Source: Desulfatiglandales bacterium
GTDB lineage: Bacteria; Desulfobacterota; DSM-4660; Desulfatiglandales; Desulfatiglandaceae
Assembly: GCA_963666345.1 (NCBI GenBank)
Contig: OY762721.1
Span: forward strand, 2,176,001 to 2,240,000
Direction of reading: 5' to 3'
Length of the DNA stretch: 64,000 nucleotides
Every line of letters begins with the position of its first letter. The first letter of the stretch is position 1. Position numbers and translations under genes: made by a program. Positions 41,901-50,134 of this stretch are shown in pieces. The notes under the pieces are model-generated. The model was not told the DNA's origin, did no database searches, and worked only from the letters and a program-made list of their open reading frames with translations.

Positions 41901-42572
41901 GTGAAGCGGCCATTTTTTTCTGAGCTTTTCAATGCCTTTTCTGAAATTTTCAAGATCTTTTAGGTCAGGTTTTTTCATGGCAGGGATTATTTCAATCTCA
42001 GGATGGGTTAGGCCGGCCCTGATCGATTCAAGCAGTTTTGAAGGTCTTATCCCCTTTTGAAGAAGATAGCCAATGAACTCGGGCGGTGAATCATAGACAT
42101 TTTTCCTCCAGAAGTCTTCGGCAAGGCCCTGTCTAAGACCATCCTCATTTTCAATAAAATCGGTGTCAAAGGGCTGGCCCGTCTCAAAGGCGTTTTCATT
42201 GAGCATGCGTTGACAGAAGCCATGTATGGTAAATATGGCGGCTTCATCAAGGTGTAGGATCGCCTCTCTGAGGTACATGAGGGAGCGCGGGTTACCCAGA
42301 TTGCCAGCGAGTTCGGCGATAAAGGGATCTCCGTGTGTTCCATTCTTAAAGGCATCCCTGCATTGAAGAAGGCGGCTTCTGATCCGCCCTTTCAGCTCCT
42401 CTGTGGCCGCCTTTGTAAATGTGACTACGAGAATTTCATTAACGGAAAAGCCCTTTTCAAGAATAAGTCTGAGATAGAGCGAAGTGACGGTATAGGTCTT
42501 CCCCGTGCCTGCACTTGCCTCTATAAGATTTTTCCCCTCAAGGGGGATATTCAGGGGGTCAAGCTCTTTCAT
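38928..42572 (-). CDS. recB: Exodeoxyribonuclease V beta subunit
   Basis: IEASAGTGKT, TIHGFC, DEFQD, GDPKQAIY, TIHKSKGLEY, LYVALTRA, nuclease GFIDL..DWKSN..QY..Y; ATG 42572 overlaps the recC stop (ATGA). Confidence 0.95.
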   Translation of the reverse strand: MKELDPLNIPLEGKNLIEASAGTGKTYTVTSLYLRLILEKGFSVNEILVVTFTKAATEELKGRIRSRLLQCRDAFKNGTHGDPFIAELAGNLGNPRSLMYLREAILHLDEAAIFTIHGFCQRMLNENAFETGQPFDTDFIENEDGLRQGLAEDFWRKNVYDSPPEFIGYLLQKGIRPSKLLESIRAGLTHPEIEIIPAMKKPDLKDLENFRKGIEKLRKKWPLHRNEVGEILRTAELNGTRYGTTKKGPGGFSKRDLKVSSWLTDMDHLLSLRLGPFPLFKDFRKLTSSVISESVKKGKAAPEHELFHICEDLNKSAEGLINECDQRILFLRTALLSYIKRNLPKEKDRTNKLSFGDLLHKIKEVIDDDGANAFLKKVRAKFKAALIDEFQDTDPVQYDIFSRIFDTGKRPLFLIGDPKQAIYGFRGADLFTYINASSKMENRYTLSSNWRSEKGLIKAINCIFSRAKRPFLFPEISFHTQRAAREKHPAPLLIEGRAEPAFRLCLIEPLEEMDDGKPLSKSEARERILAALGREISRLLSLGAKGKALLGKAPLREEHLAVLVRTNREAKMVRDMLSTLNIPSVLYSNSNLFDSPEAMDMQWILDAIGDPENESLIKRALATRALGYTGEDLEQLGEDQNKWEPIRSRFRRYYRLWKMTGFLPMFRRFIVEEKIRSRLLSLPDGERRLTNLLHLAEVLYDASLKAGIGIKGLNKWLSSQTDSDSPRLEEHQLRLESDERAIMVVTIHKSKGLEYPVVFCPFLWDGSKTNDKTILFHDRKNNNRHILDLGSSDLDTNSALARQETLSEDLRLLYVALTRAKNRCYMVWGRIKGAQTSAPSYLYYEGPSIEEMEGLFTPLKKESLRKGLSLLEKSSGRNVDISHISRDYLTKTDAFPKLQEPERLSFRDFSGSISRQWRVSSFSYLISKRSFLTELPDHDELETISEEGEKMLALSKEDTAASGIFSFPKGAKTGTFLHDLLEHLDFTSVNQAETGEIISRKLFQHGFEDSWSRTILETLESLFSAPLYCPAGSFTLSDIRMEDRLNELEFYFPLKEITPSRLKEIFKGPAGSPPLEGMDKQIERLDFSPSKGFMRGFIDLVFKRGDLFFLVDWKSNFLGPRVDDYAPELLAFEMRRNLYTLQYVIYTLALDQYLRLRLPGYRYEINFGGVYYIFLRGLDRDKRSAYGIFRDLPTPAFINSLRKDLLDLSGLLPQ

Positions 42573-45500
42573 GGGGTCTCTATCATAACCTTTGAGCGGG
42601 CCTTTAAAAGAGGTTCGTATACCTTGAGCGAAAGTTTTTCGAAATGCCTGTCCAGGGGGTCGGAATCTCCAAAACAGAGATTGAAATAAGGGTTTTCCCG
42701 TTCCCCGGGCAGAGAAAACTCCGAGCCTTCCCATCTTGAATGTGCCCTTGATAGGGCTTTATCATTTTGCATGGCCTTTTCGAGCATATCTTCGGCGTAG
42801 ACAAGTGATGAATCCGGGAAAAATTTTAGAGGCCTGACAAGCCCCTTCCAGAACAGCTCAATAAGGCCCTTAAGGGTTGTTTCGGCATCCTCATGAGGCT
42901 TATATTCCCACGTATCTTCCCTTCCGATAAGAATGCTGCTTCTGGCTGACTCTGTCCTTGCATTGAGCGCAAGATGCAGGAGCCATGTGCTCAAGTGGTC
43001 AATCGATCTGAGCCTGCCGTATCTGAAACGTATAAGCCTGCCGCCATAAACCTCATTCACCGTTGCGTTCAGTTCGAAGGCATCGAACTTAAAGATCTTT
43101 TCAACGGGTTCCCGGCGATATTCACCCGCCAGGGCCCTGAAGGTATCTATAAAAGCCAAGATATCGCTATCCATTCTTTCATAGGAGCATTCTCCCGGTT
43201 TTCCGGGAGGCAGCTTCCCTGTGGCCTGAATGTAGGAAAGAATCTCTTCCCTTTGGTGACCTTCAAACCCCTTATCAAGGATAAGCTGCTCAATCACGTA
43301 TTTTTCCAGCCCATCAAGACATAAGGGTTCTGTCTCCTTAATGCGACTGTCGTCCCTTTCAAGATATATCCCAAGCCGCTCCCTTAAAAGAAATCGGGCA
43401 GGGTTCGACAGAAAAACACTGAGCCGGTTCAGATCGACAGATCTCCATTCAGAAGAGGGTGTTGAGAGGCCTTTTCCCAGGAAAGGCCTCTGAGGCGCCC
43501 TTTGCCTGATAGCTCTTTTTGAGGCATAAAAGATGTCTCTGGAATAGCTGATAAGTTTTTCATTCCCCCTGAAATATGCGGGGCTGAAGGCCTGAAGCGG
43601 ATGTTTTGTCACCATATGATCGAACAGGTCCTTCCCCTCCATCTGAAACGCCTGCATACAATAGTCGGTCAGTTCGCTTACAAGCACACAGGGCGGAATC
43701 TCCGAATTATCCTGAAGGCCTTGCCCGATATAGCTTATATAAAAGCTCGTTCTTGCAGAGATCAGGGATTCGAGAAAGAGATACCGGTCTTCATCTCTTA
43801 GGGACCTGTCTCCCCTCTTATGGTTTTTGGCAACGATGTCGAATCCCACGACCTTTCTCTGCCTCGGGTATGCCTCGTTATGCATGCCGACCAGACAAAT
43901 GACCTTGAACGGTATACTGCGCATCGGCAGCATGGCGCAGAAGGTAACGCCTCCCGAGATAAATCCGAAAGAGGATATCCCGGCCTCCATTGAGTGTGAA
44001 AGGTACGCCTTTATGACCTCTATGTTGACGCTATCATTGAAGCATGAGAGCTGCTGCTGTCTTGACAGATCATTAAAGATGTCCCTAATCATCTGGTACT
44101 CTTTAAGAGATACCTCGTCAGGTTCGAAAAAATTCTCCAGGATTTCAATAAGAAGCCCTGCCCAATTTTCAAGGCTCATGGAACTTCCAAGGCGTGGAAC
44201 ATATGAAAACAGGGTCTCGGCAAAATGGATAAACCGACCAAGTAAAGAAGCCGTGTCCCCTTCCACCTTGTCGTATGGAAGGATTCCATCTATGGTATTT
44301 GTACCCCTTTCAGGCATGGCATAACCAAGGAGAAGCCTTTCAAGTCCGAAACGCCAGCTGTTACGGTCAAAGTAAGGAAGGCCCATTTCGTGACGGCTTG
44401 ATCCGTCTATGCCCCATCTTATGCCCGCTTGTTCCACCCAACCGGTCAAAAGGGAGATGTCCGTCTCTGAAAGGCCAAACCTTTTTCTAAGATCATCGCA
44501 TTCAAGAAGGGAGAGTATTTCATTGGAGGTAAAACGAGATCCGCTGAGTTCAAGGATAGACAGAAGCGGGCCTGTTATCTGGCCTTGCGATCGGATATTT
44601 CTGTCGGCAATGGAGAAGGGTATCCTTTTTGATTCATCATCAGGAGAGCCGAATACGGCCTGAATAAGGGAGGAATAACCTTCAATATCGGGGGTCATTA
44701 CGAGGATGTCTTGAGGCATAAGATCAGGGTCTTTTTCAAACATCAAAAGCAACCGGTCATAGAGTGTTTCCATCTCCCTTATTGGACTGTGACAAGAGTG
44801 GATCTGGATGGAATTATCATCCTCACCTACAATCCTTTTTCCCTCTGTTCCGGCGCTACCTTCAGAGAGATCAAGTATGTCTGATTGTATGAAAGAAAGC
44901 ATATCCTTTCTGTTAGAGTCCTCAAAAAGCTCTGATACCCCGCATTCAAGATCCATCATGCGGGAAAGGAAATCTTTCCCCTGTTTGCCCATGGAGGCCA
45001 GGAGGCTGTTTCCGGTTTCAATGTGAAAGTCAATGTCAGAGCTGTTTGCAGGGTCGATAGGTCTCAAAAACTGATGCCGTTCACTTTCTGAAAATATGTC
45101 GAACCAATATTCCCTGCACGGATTTAGAATAAAGAGATTAATTTCAATTAGTTTTGAAAGGGCAGAGAGGATATCAAGGTGAAATGGGGGCAGAAATGAG
45201 ACCCCGAAAACAGAGAGCCTTTTGGGGAAAACAGACGGAGAGACTTCCCCTTTGTTTATCGCCGTCAAAAAATCATGCCTGAAAGAGGCCCTGTGCCTGC
45301 CTTTGTTTTTCTCTGAAAGATACCGCCAAAGCCTTGCCTGCCAGTCTTGCTCTTTTCCCTTTTCCCAGTCCAGCAGCATCTCGGGACGAAAGACGGCATA
45401 TTGATCATAGGTATCGGCCAGGAGTTGAGAAAGCTGGAACCACTTAAGGTCTACTATGGGATCTCCCAGATAGAACCGTACGCCTTCCGCCCCTTTTTCA

Positions 45501-45814
45501 TGCATAAAGGAGGGAAGTGCCTTCATTATCTTCCATCTCAATATGGAAGGGTCAAAGGTATCCTGTTCGGGAAGATCCCCGAGGGCTGTTTTAAAGACCC
45601 GCTCCACGATTGAATTGGGGAAGGGAAAGAGGAGATTCGCGCTGACGCCATGATGGCCCGCAAGGACCATTCGAAGCCACTTTTCCATGCCCCTGCTTTG
45701 AACGACTATGATTTCAGGCTCCATTGGTGATAACACTGGCCTCAAAAGGATGCATGACAGCTTTTCCGCCAGTATCTCCAGTCGGTTACTCGTATATAGA
45801 TTGATTTTTGGCAA
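42569..45814 (-). CDS. recC: Exodeoxyribonuclease V gamma subunit
   Basis: SNRLE, VQSRGM..WL, NPCREYW, CHSPIRE, PMRSIPF, DRYLFLE, HPLQAF. Confidence 0.95.
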   Translation of the reverse strand: MPKINLYTSNRLEILAEKLSCILLRPVLSPMEPEIIVVQSRGMEKWLRMVLAGHHGVSANLLFPFPNSIVERVFKTALGDLPEQDTFDPSILRWKIMKALPSFMHEKGAEGVRFYLGDPIVDLKWFQLSQLLADTYDQYAVFRPEMLLDWEKGKEQDWQARLWRYLSEKNKGRHRASFRHDFLTAINKGEVSPSVFPKRLSVFGVSFLPPFHLDILSALSKLIEINLFILNPCREYWFDIFSESERHQFLRPIDPANSSDIDFHIETGNSLLASMGKQGKDFLSRMMDLECGVSELFEDSNRKDMLSFIQSDILDLSEGSAGTEGKRIVGEDDNSIQIHSCHSPIREMETLYDRLLLMFEKDPDLMPQDILVMTPDIEGYSSLIQAVFGSPDDESKRIPFSIADRNIRSQGQITGPLLSILELSGSRFTSNEILSLLECDDLRKRFGLSETDISLLTGWVEQAGIRWGIDGSSRHEMGLPYFDRNSWRFGLERLLLGYAMPERGTNTIDGILPYDKVEGDTASLLGRFIHFAETLFSYVPRLGSSMSLENWAGLLIEILENFFEPDEVSLKEYQMIRDIFNDLSRQQQLSCFNDSVNIEVIKAYLSHSMEAGISSFGFISGGVTFCAMLPMRSIPFKVICLVGMHNEAYPRQRKVVGFDIVAKNHKRGDRSLRDEDRYLFLESLISARTSFYISYIGQGLQDNSEIPPCVLVSELTDYCMQAFQMEGKDLFDHMVTKHPLQAFSPAYFRGNEKLISYSRDIFYASKRAIRQRAPQRPFLGKGLSTPSSEWRSVDLNRLSVFLSNPARFLLRERLGIYLERDDSRIKETEPLCLDGLEKYVIEQLILDKGFEGHQREEILSYIQATGKLPPGKPGECSYERMDSDILAFIDTFRALAGEYRREPVEKIFKFDAFELNATVNEVYGGRLIRFRYGRLRSIDHLSTWLLHLALNARTESARSSILIGREDTWEYKPHEDAETTLKGLIELFWKGLVRPLKFFPDSSLVYAEDMLEKAMQNDKALSRAHSRWEGSEFSLPGERENPYFNLCFGDSDPLDRHFEKLSLKVYEPLLKARSKVMIETP

Positions 45815-45902
45815 GGGTAGAAAACAGATCCGAGATGATCAAAAAAGGCGCTTGATATGGCACCCTTTCTGATTTGTTAGATGCAAAGAAGTGATCATGA
45901 TC

Positions 45903-46358
45903 CTAGTCACCCATTTCAGCCATATGGTCATCGAGCATGGTTTCAAGCCTTAATTTGTGTTGTGCCTCTTCCTGTGCGAGAATCCTGAAAAGTGCCTTGT
46001 GCTCCTGTTTGTGTGTGTTTTCACTGAGATCGGAATAAAATTTGAGGGCCTTTTCCTCACGTTTTGCGGCAAGTATCAGGATATCGGAATAGGGCATACC
46101 AGGTTCATAAGTGATATCAACAAGATAGTCGGTCCTCTTTAGGTTGGGGATCTTTTCGATTTTATAATATTCAAGATTTTCTTTTGTAAAATCTTGGAGC
46201 ATACTCTGATGCCTTTTTTCCTCTTTTGCGAAGCCGCTGAAGAGGTCCTTGACGTTTGAAAACTGCCCATGTCGGCTCAATTCATCATAAAATTCAGCCG
46301 CCTCTCTTTCCTTTTCAACGGCGTAGTCCATTATTTCCTTAAATGTATCAAAATGCAT
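45903..46358 (-). CDS. Ferritin-like / rubrerythrin-family diiron protein
   Basis: Two E..FY ... EE..H helix-pair repeats (EEKRH, EEAQH). Confidence 0.85.
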   Translation of the reverse strand: MHFDTFKEIMDYAVEKEREAAEFYDELSRHGQFSNVKDLFSGFAKEEKRHQSMLQDFTKENLEYYKIEKIPNLKRTDYLVDITYEPGMPYSDILILAAKREEKALKFYSDLSENTHKQEHKALFRILAQEEAQHKLRLETMLDDHMAEMGD

Positions 46359-46491
46359 TTAAACCCCCTTAATGAACATGCCTTTCCGCATGCCTTTAAA
46401 TGAGTGTGTTTCTGTCTCTGAAATAACGTATATCGGCCAGTAAAAGTCTAGGTCAAAAACGAAATTCTGTCAAAACAAACCGGCTGGAAAT

Positions 46492-47883
46492 TCAGTAGGG
46501 TGCCTTTTTCTTGGGCTTTCTGTCTCTGGGGTTCCTTTTTTCCTTTGCAGGGCCTGAATTTTTCTGTTGCGGGACCTTGACCGTTTTCCCATGGCGCCTT
46601 GAGTCTGAAACATGACTTCTTTTTCCTTTATAGCCTTTTCTGGGACCCCTGCCTCTGATTCTTCTCTGATCGGGGAGAACAGGTCCTGCGGTGTCTTCCT
46701 TGAACCAATCATCCTCCGGCCAGACAACCGGAAGCTTTTCTCCGGACATTTCCTCCAAGGCCTCAAGATGCCGGACATATTCCTCGCAGGCAAAGGACAG
46801 GGCCCTGCCCTTTTTTCCTGCCCTGGCGGTTCGGCCTATCCTGTGGACGTAGTTTTCAGGATCCTGAGGCAGATCGTAATTTATTACATGGCTTATGTCC
46901 TCGACATGTATGCCCCTTGATGCAACGTCCGTCGCAACCAAGATTTTTGTGGTTCCCTGCTTGAAATGCTTCATCAAGCTGAGTCTCTTTGACTGGTGCA
47001 GATCTCCCGTTATTCCTGCTGCCGGCAGGCCGTTTCCGATCAGTTTTTTAGCCAGCCATTCTACCCCCGCCTTTGTGTTTACAAATATGAGGACCCTTGT
47101 CCAGTCCTCCCGTTCCAGAAGCCCCAGGAGCAGAGGCAGTTTGTCTTCCCTGCCGACATGAAACAGTGCCTGATCAACTCCGGCAACCGTGACTTCCCTT
47201 GGTGTTACGGATATTACCTCCGGCAGGTTGATGAATTCATAGGTAAGCTCCATAACCCTGTATGAAAGGGTCGCGGAAAAGAGCATGGATTGTCTTTTTT
47301 CATAATTGGGCAGTTTTCGAAGGATATATCTCATATCCTTTGTAAATCCGAGATCAAAAAGGCGGTCCGCCTCATCTATGACAAGGATTTTTATCCCCGA
47401 GGTCTTAAAGACCCCCTTTTTTATGTAATCGATTATCCTGCCGGGGGTGCAGATCACTATATCAGCCCCCTGTTTAAGTCTTTCGGCCTGCTTTAGGTAA
47501 TCGATCCCACCTACTACCTGTGTAATCCTGAGCCGGGTAAAGCGACCCAGTTCAACTGCATCGTCATGGATTTGAATCGCCAGTTCTCTTGTGGGGGCAA
47601 CGATAAGGGCGGTAGGTCTCAACCTGGCCTGTTCGGGCAGGTTGAGAAGTCTGTGAAAGACAGTTACAAGAAATGCAGCTGTCTTTCCCGTACCTGTCTG
47701 TGCCTGTCCGGCCACGTCTTTACCTGATAGAGAGATGGGAAGCGTTTGTGCCTGTATCGGAGTGCAGTTCTTGAATCCGGCCTCATTCAGACCGCGAAGG
47801 ACCTCCTCCTGCAGATGAAAATCATCAAAGGTCGTATCAGTAAGAAAAGAAGGTAAAGGGGGCTGCTTCAATGAGAAATCCAT
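46492..47883 (-). CDS. DEAD-box RNA helicase, RhlB-like
   Basis: GQAQTGTGKT, PTRELA, TPGR, DEAD, SAT, HRIGRTAR; basic C-terminal tail. Confidence 0.93.
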   Translation of the reverse strand: MDFSLKQPPLPSFLTDTTFDDFHLQEEVLRGLNEAGFKNCTPIQAQTLPISLSGKDVAGQAQTGTGKTAAFLVTVFHRLLNLPEQARLRPTALIVAPTRELAIQIHDDAVELGRFTRLRITQVVGGIDYLKQAERLKQGADIVICTPGRIIDYIKKGVFKTSGIKILVIDEADRLFDLGFTKDMRYILRKLPNYEKRQSMLFSATLSYRVMELTYEFINLPEVISVTPREVTVAGVDQALFHVGREDKLPLLLGLLEREDWTRVLIFVNTKAGVEWLAKKLIGNGLPAAGITGDLHQSKRLSLMKHFKQGTTKILVATDVASRGIHVEDISHVINYDLPQDPENYVHRIGRTARAGKKGRALSFACEEYVRHLEALEEMSGEKLPVVWPEDDWFKEDTAGPVLPDQRRIRGRGPRKGYKGKRSHVSDSRRHGKTVKVPQQKNSGPAKEKRNPRDRKPKKKAPY

Positions 47884-48035
47884 GGAAGATATATTAATGG
47901 TTGATCCTTAAATGAAAATAACATGTATCTGATTATAGATTAAATGACCAAAAGATCAACCTATTCCTGCCCTGATCCACCATTAAGGAGTTATATCGGG
48001 CCGATAGATCATATGCTGCAATCGTCGCCCCTTTG

Positions 48036-48143
48036 ATCCCGCTTTCAGCGGGCCCGCAATGACGAAAGATGAAGCATAACTGTTCGGCCTGGCTGACTCA
48101 GGGCAGTGAGTTTATCGAACGGCGGTTGGTCTTTTTAAGAAGC
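48036..48143 (-). repeat. Composite non-coding dispersed repeat, copy 2 (inverted, internally shorter)
   Basis: Reverse complement matches 37868-38000. Confidence 0.85.
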
Positions 48144-48250
48144 AGTAATTATTAGGTGCTGAAAATGGATAGAAGTAAAAGCAGAAGTTCTGCAATGCAC
48201 AGATCGCATCTGCTTAGTGTGTATCTGATTTGAAGACAGGGAAAAGACTT

Positions 48251-48877
48251 TTACCATATAACCGCATTGCGCCTTTTCTCAAGCCAGCGGCTTTGTGCGT
48301 GTGTCAGGTTTCCTATTTGTTCCTTGATCCAGTGCAGGTCCCCTGTAAGGAGACTCAATTTTTCAGGGCCGGTAAGTTCATATTCTTCAAGGGCGTCCGC
48401 ACCATGATACTGGATGTATTCGCCGAATTCCTCATCCTCTGCGGTTCTTTCGAGCACCTTCAGGAATTCTTCCTTGTGTATGAGGCGCTGTTCTTCAGGA
48501 GACGCCCTGTCGGCGTTTTTTATTGCGGCCTCCGCTGAATCCAAAAGCTCCTCCGGATTAAGCGGCTTTTCCAGATAATCCGCCGCTCCAAGCCGCATTG
48601 CCTGAACCGCCGTTTTTACGGTAGAATAACCGGTTATGATAATGACAGGCAGCCTGGGTTTAAGACGCTTTATGTCTCGTAAGACCTTCATGCCGCCTAT
48701 CTCAGGCATTCGTATATCTGTGAACACAAGATCAAAATCAGACATCAAGGCCATTTCAAGCCCTTTTCTGCTGCTAAGGGCCCCTTCCACACTATAGCCT
48801 TTTGCAGATAGTATGGTACCTATAGTGTCAACCATCATCTGCTCGTCATCGATTATAAGGGCCTTTTTGCTTTCCAT
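48251..48877 (-). CDS. Response regulator receiver with atypical C-terminal helical domain
   Basis: LIIDDE, TDIRMP, IITGY, YLEKP; AAGGAG before ATG 48877. Confidence 0.85.
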   Translation of the reverse strand: MESKKALIIDDEQMMVDTIGTILSAKGYSVEGALSSRKGLEMALMSDFDLVFTDIRMPEIGGMKVLRDIKRLKPRLPVIIITGYSTVKTAVQAMRLGAADYLEKPLNPEELLDSAEAAIKNADRASPEEQRLIHKEEFLKVLERTAEDEEFGEYIQYHGADALEEYELTGPEKLSLLTGDLHWIKEQIGNLTHAQSRWLEKRRNAVIW

Positions 48878-49224
48878 CTCTTCCAACTCCTTACCCAGAA
48901 GCGGATTTTTGTAATGAAAAGGTGCGGTCAAAAAACGGGGGAAGGTGAATATGCCCTCCCGTTATTCAATTCTGCAAATCTCAAGCCAAGACAGGATAAA
49001 TGCCGTCAGCATATTAACCGACTGATAATATTGATTAACAGATTCTCTGCGAAGGGATGGCCGATTTTGATGGAGGAAGAAATGTCAGAAAATTTTACAG
49101 CCTGTAAACAGAAAACAGATGAAAAAGATGAATTCGCAAAAGGTGAGAACCGAGACGGTGCATCGGAAAGTCCGTCCGCGGGGACGGGCAGCCGGCCTTT
49201 CTACAAAGCCGCTGAATATATGTT

Positions 49225-49893
49225 TTAAATTGTCTTAATAGGATCCTTTATGACATAGAGGAGCATGAAATTTCTGTCCAGTTTTTCCGTGAGCCTTTTC
49301 AGTGTTTTTCCCTTGAGTGTCGCGATTCTTATGAAGACATGTCTGTATCCCTCGTCCGCAGTGTCCTTTGTGCTGAGTATGCTTACAATCTGGCCGTTTT
49401 CCTCCCTTATAACATCTGCAACTTCTTTTATGCTTCCGGCCCTGTCTTCAAGGTTGAAGGCGAATTGAACGCCTCTCTGGTATATCCCGGTAATGGAAAT
49501 CATTACCCTGAAGACGTCACCCATTGTAATGATGCCGATAACCTTGAAATCTTCGGATACGACCGGGATGCCTGTTACCTTGCGCTCCAGCATTTTTACC
49601 GCCGCAACTTCCACTGTGTCGGAGGGGCTTAGAACGATCGGTTCCTTCTTCATTATATCTGAAGCCTTGAGCTCGCCCAGAAACCTGTACAGTTCTCTCG
49701 CATTCATGTTTATTTTCTTGGAAGGTGAGGCCTCTTTAACTTCATTGTCCGTTATCAGCCCGACAAGTGCACCTTTTCTGATGACAGGCAGATGCCCGAT
49801 GCCGTTTTCATCGAATATCCGGATAACCTCTATAACCGGAGTCTGTTCGTCCACTGTAATGATTTCCCGGCTCATCCAGTTCTGTACTTGCAC
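49225..49893 (-). CDS. CBS-pair + ACT domain protein (AcuB-like)
   Basis: WMSR..HLPV..KEASPS tandem CBS, then LEDRAGSIKEV ACT. Confidence 0.88.
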   Translation of the reverse strand: MQVQNWMSREIITVDEQTPVIEVIRIFDENGIGHLPVIRKGALVGLITDNEVKEASPSKKINMNARELYRFLGELKASDIMKKEPIVLSPSDTVEVAAVKMLERKVTGIPVVSEDFKVIGIITMGDVFRVMISITGIYQRGVQFAFNLEDRAGSIKEVADVIREENGQIVSILSTKDTADEGYRHVFIRIATLKGKTLKRLTEKLDRNFMLLYVIKDPIKTI

Positions 49894-50099
49894 GGATTTT
49901 TCTCCTTTCCTTTTTTCTGCAAAGCAGGCTGTCTGTTAGGCTGGTTTCCACCGTAAAATGGCTGTCTTTCACAATCCCGGCGTGAATCTGCATGATCAAT
50001 TGCGCGAATTGATACGGATACCGGGAAGAAGTGCCCAGGTTAGAAACTGTCTTATTATGTTAATCCAAGGCGAATGTGGCATCAATCTCTTTTTGTACA

Positions 50100-50128
50100 T
50101 TGACTGGTCGGGCATCAAAATCTATATT
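50100..50128 (+). promoter_or_regulatory. Sigma70-type promoter directly abutting the dinG start codon
   Basis: TTGACT-17 bp-TATATT, 6 nt, then ATG. Confidence 0.6.
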
Positions 50129-50134
50129 CACCAT

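Noticed and set aside
49225..49893. acuABC-like system linking the AcuB-like gene with the HDAC gene
   Set aside because: They are 39 kb apart with no acetyltransferase nearby; nothing in the sequence links them.
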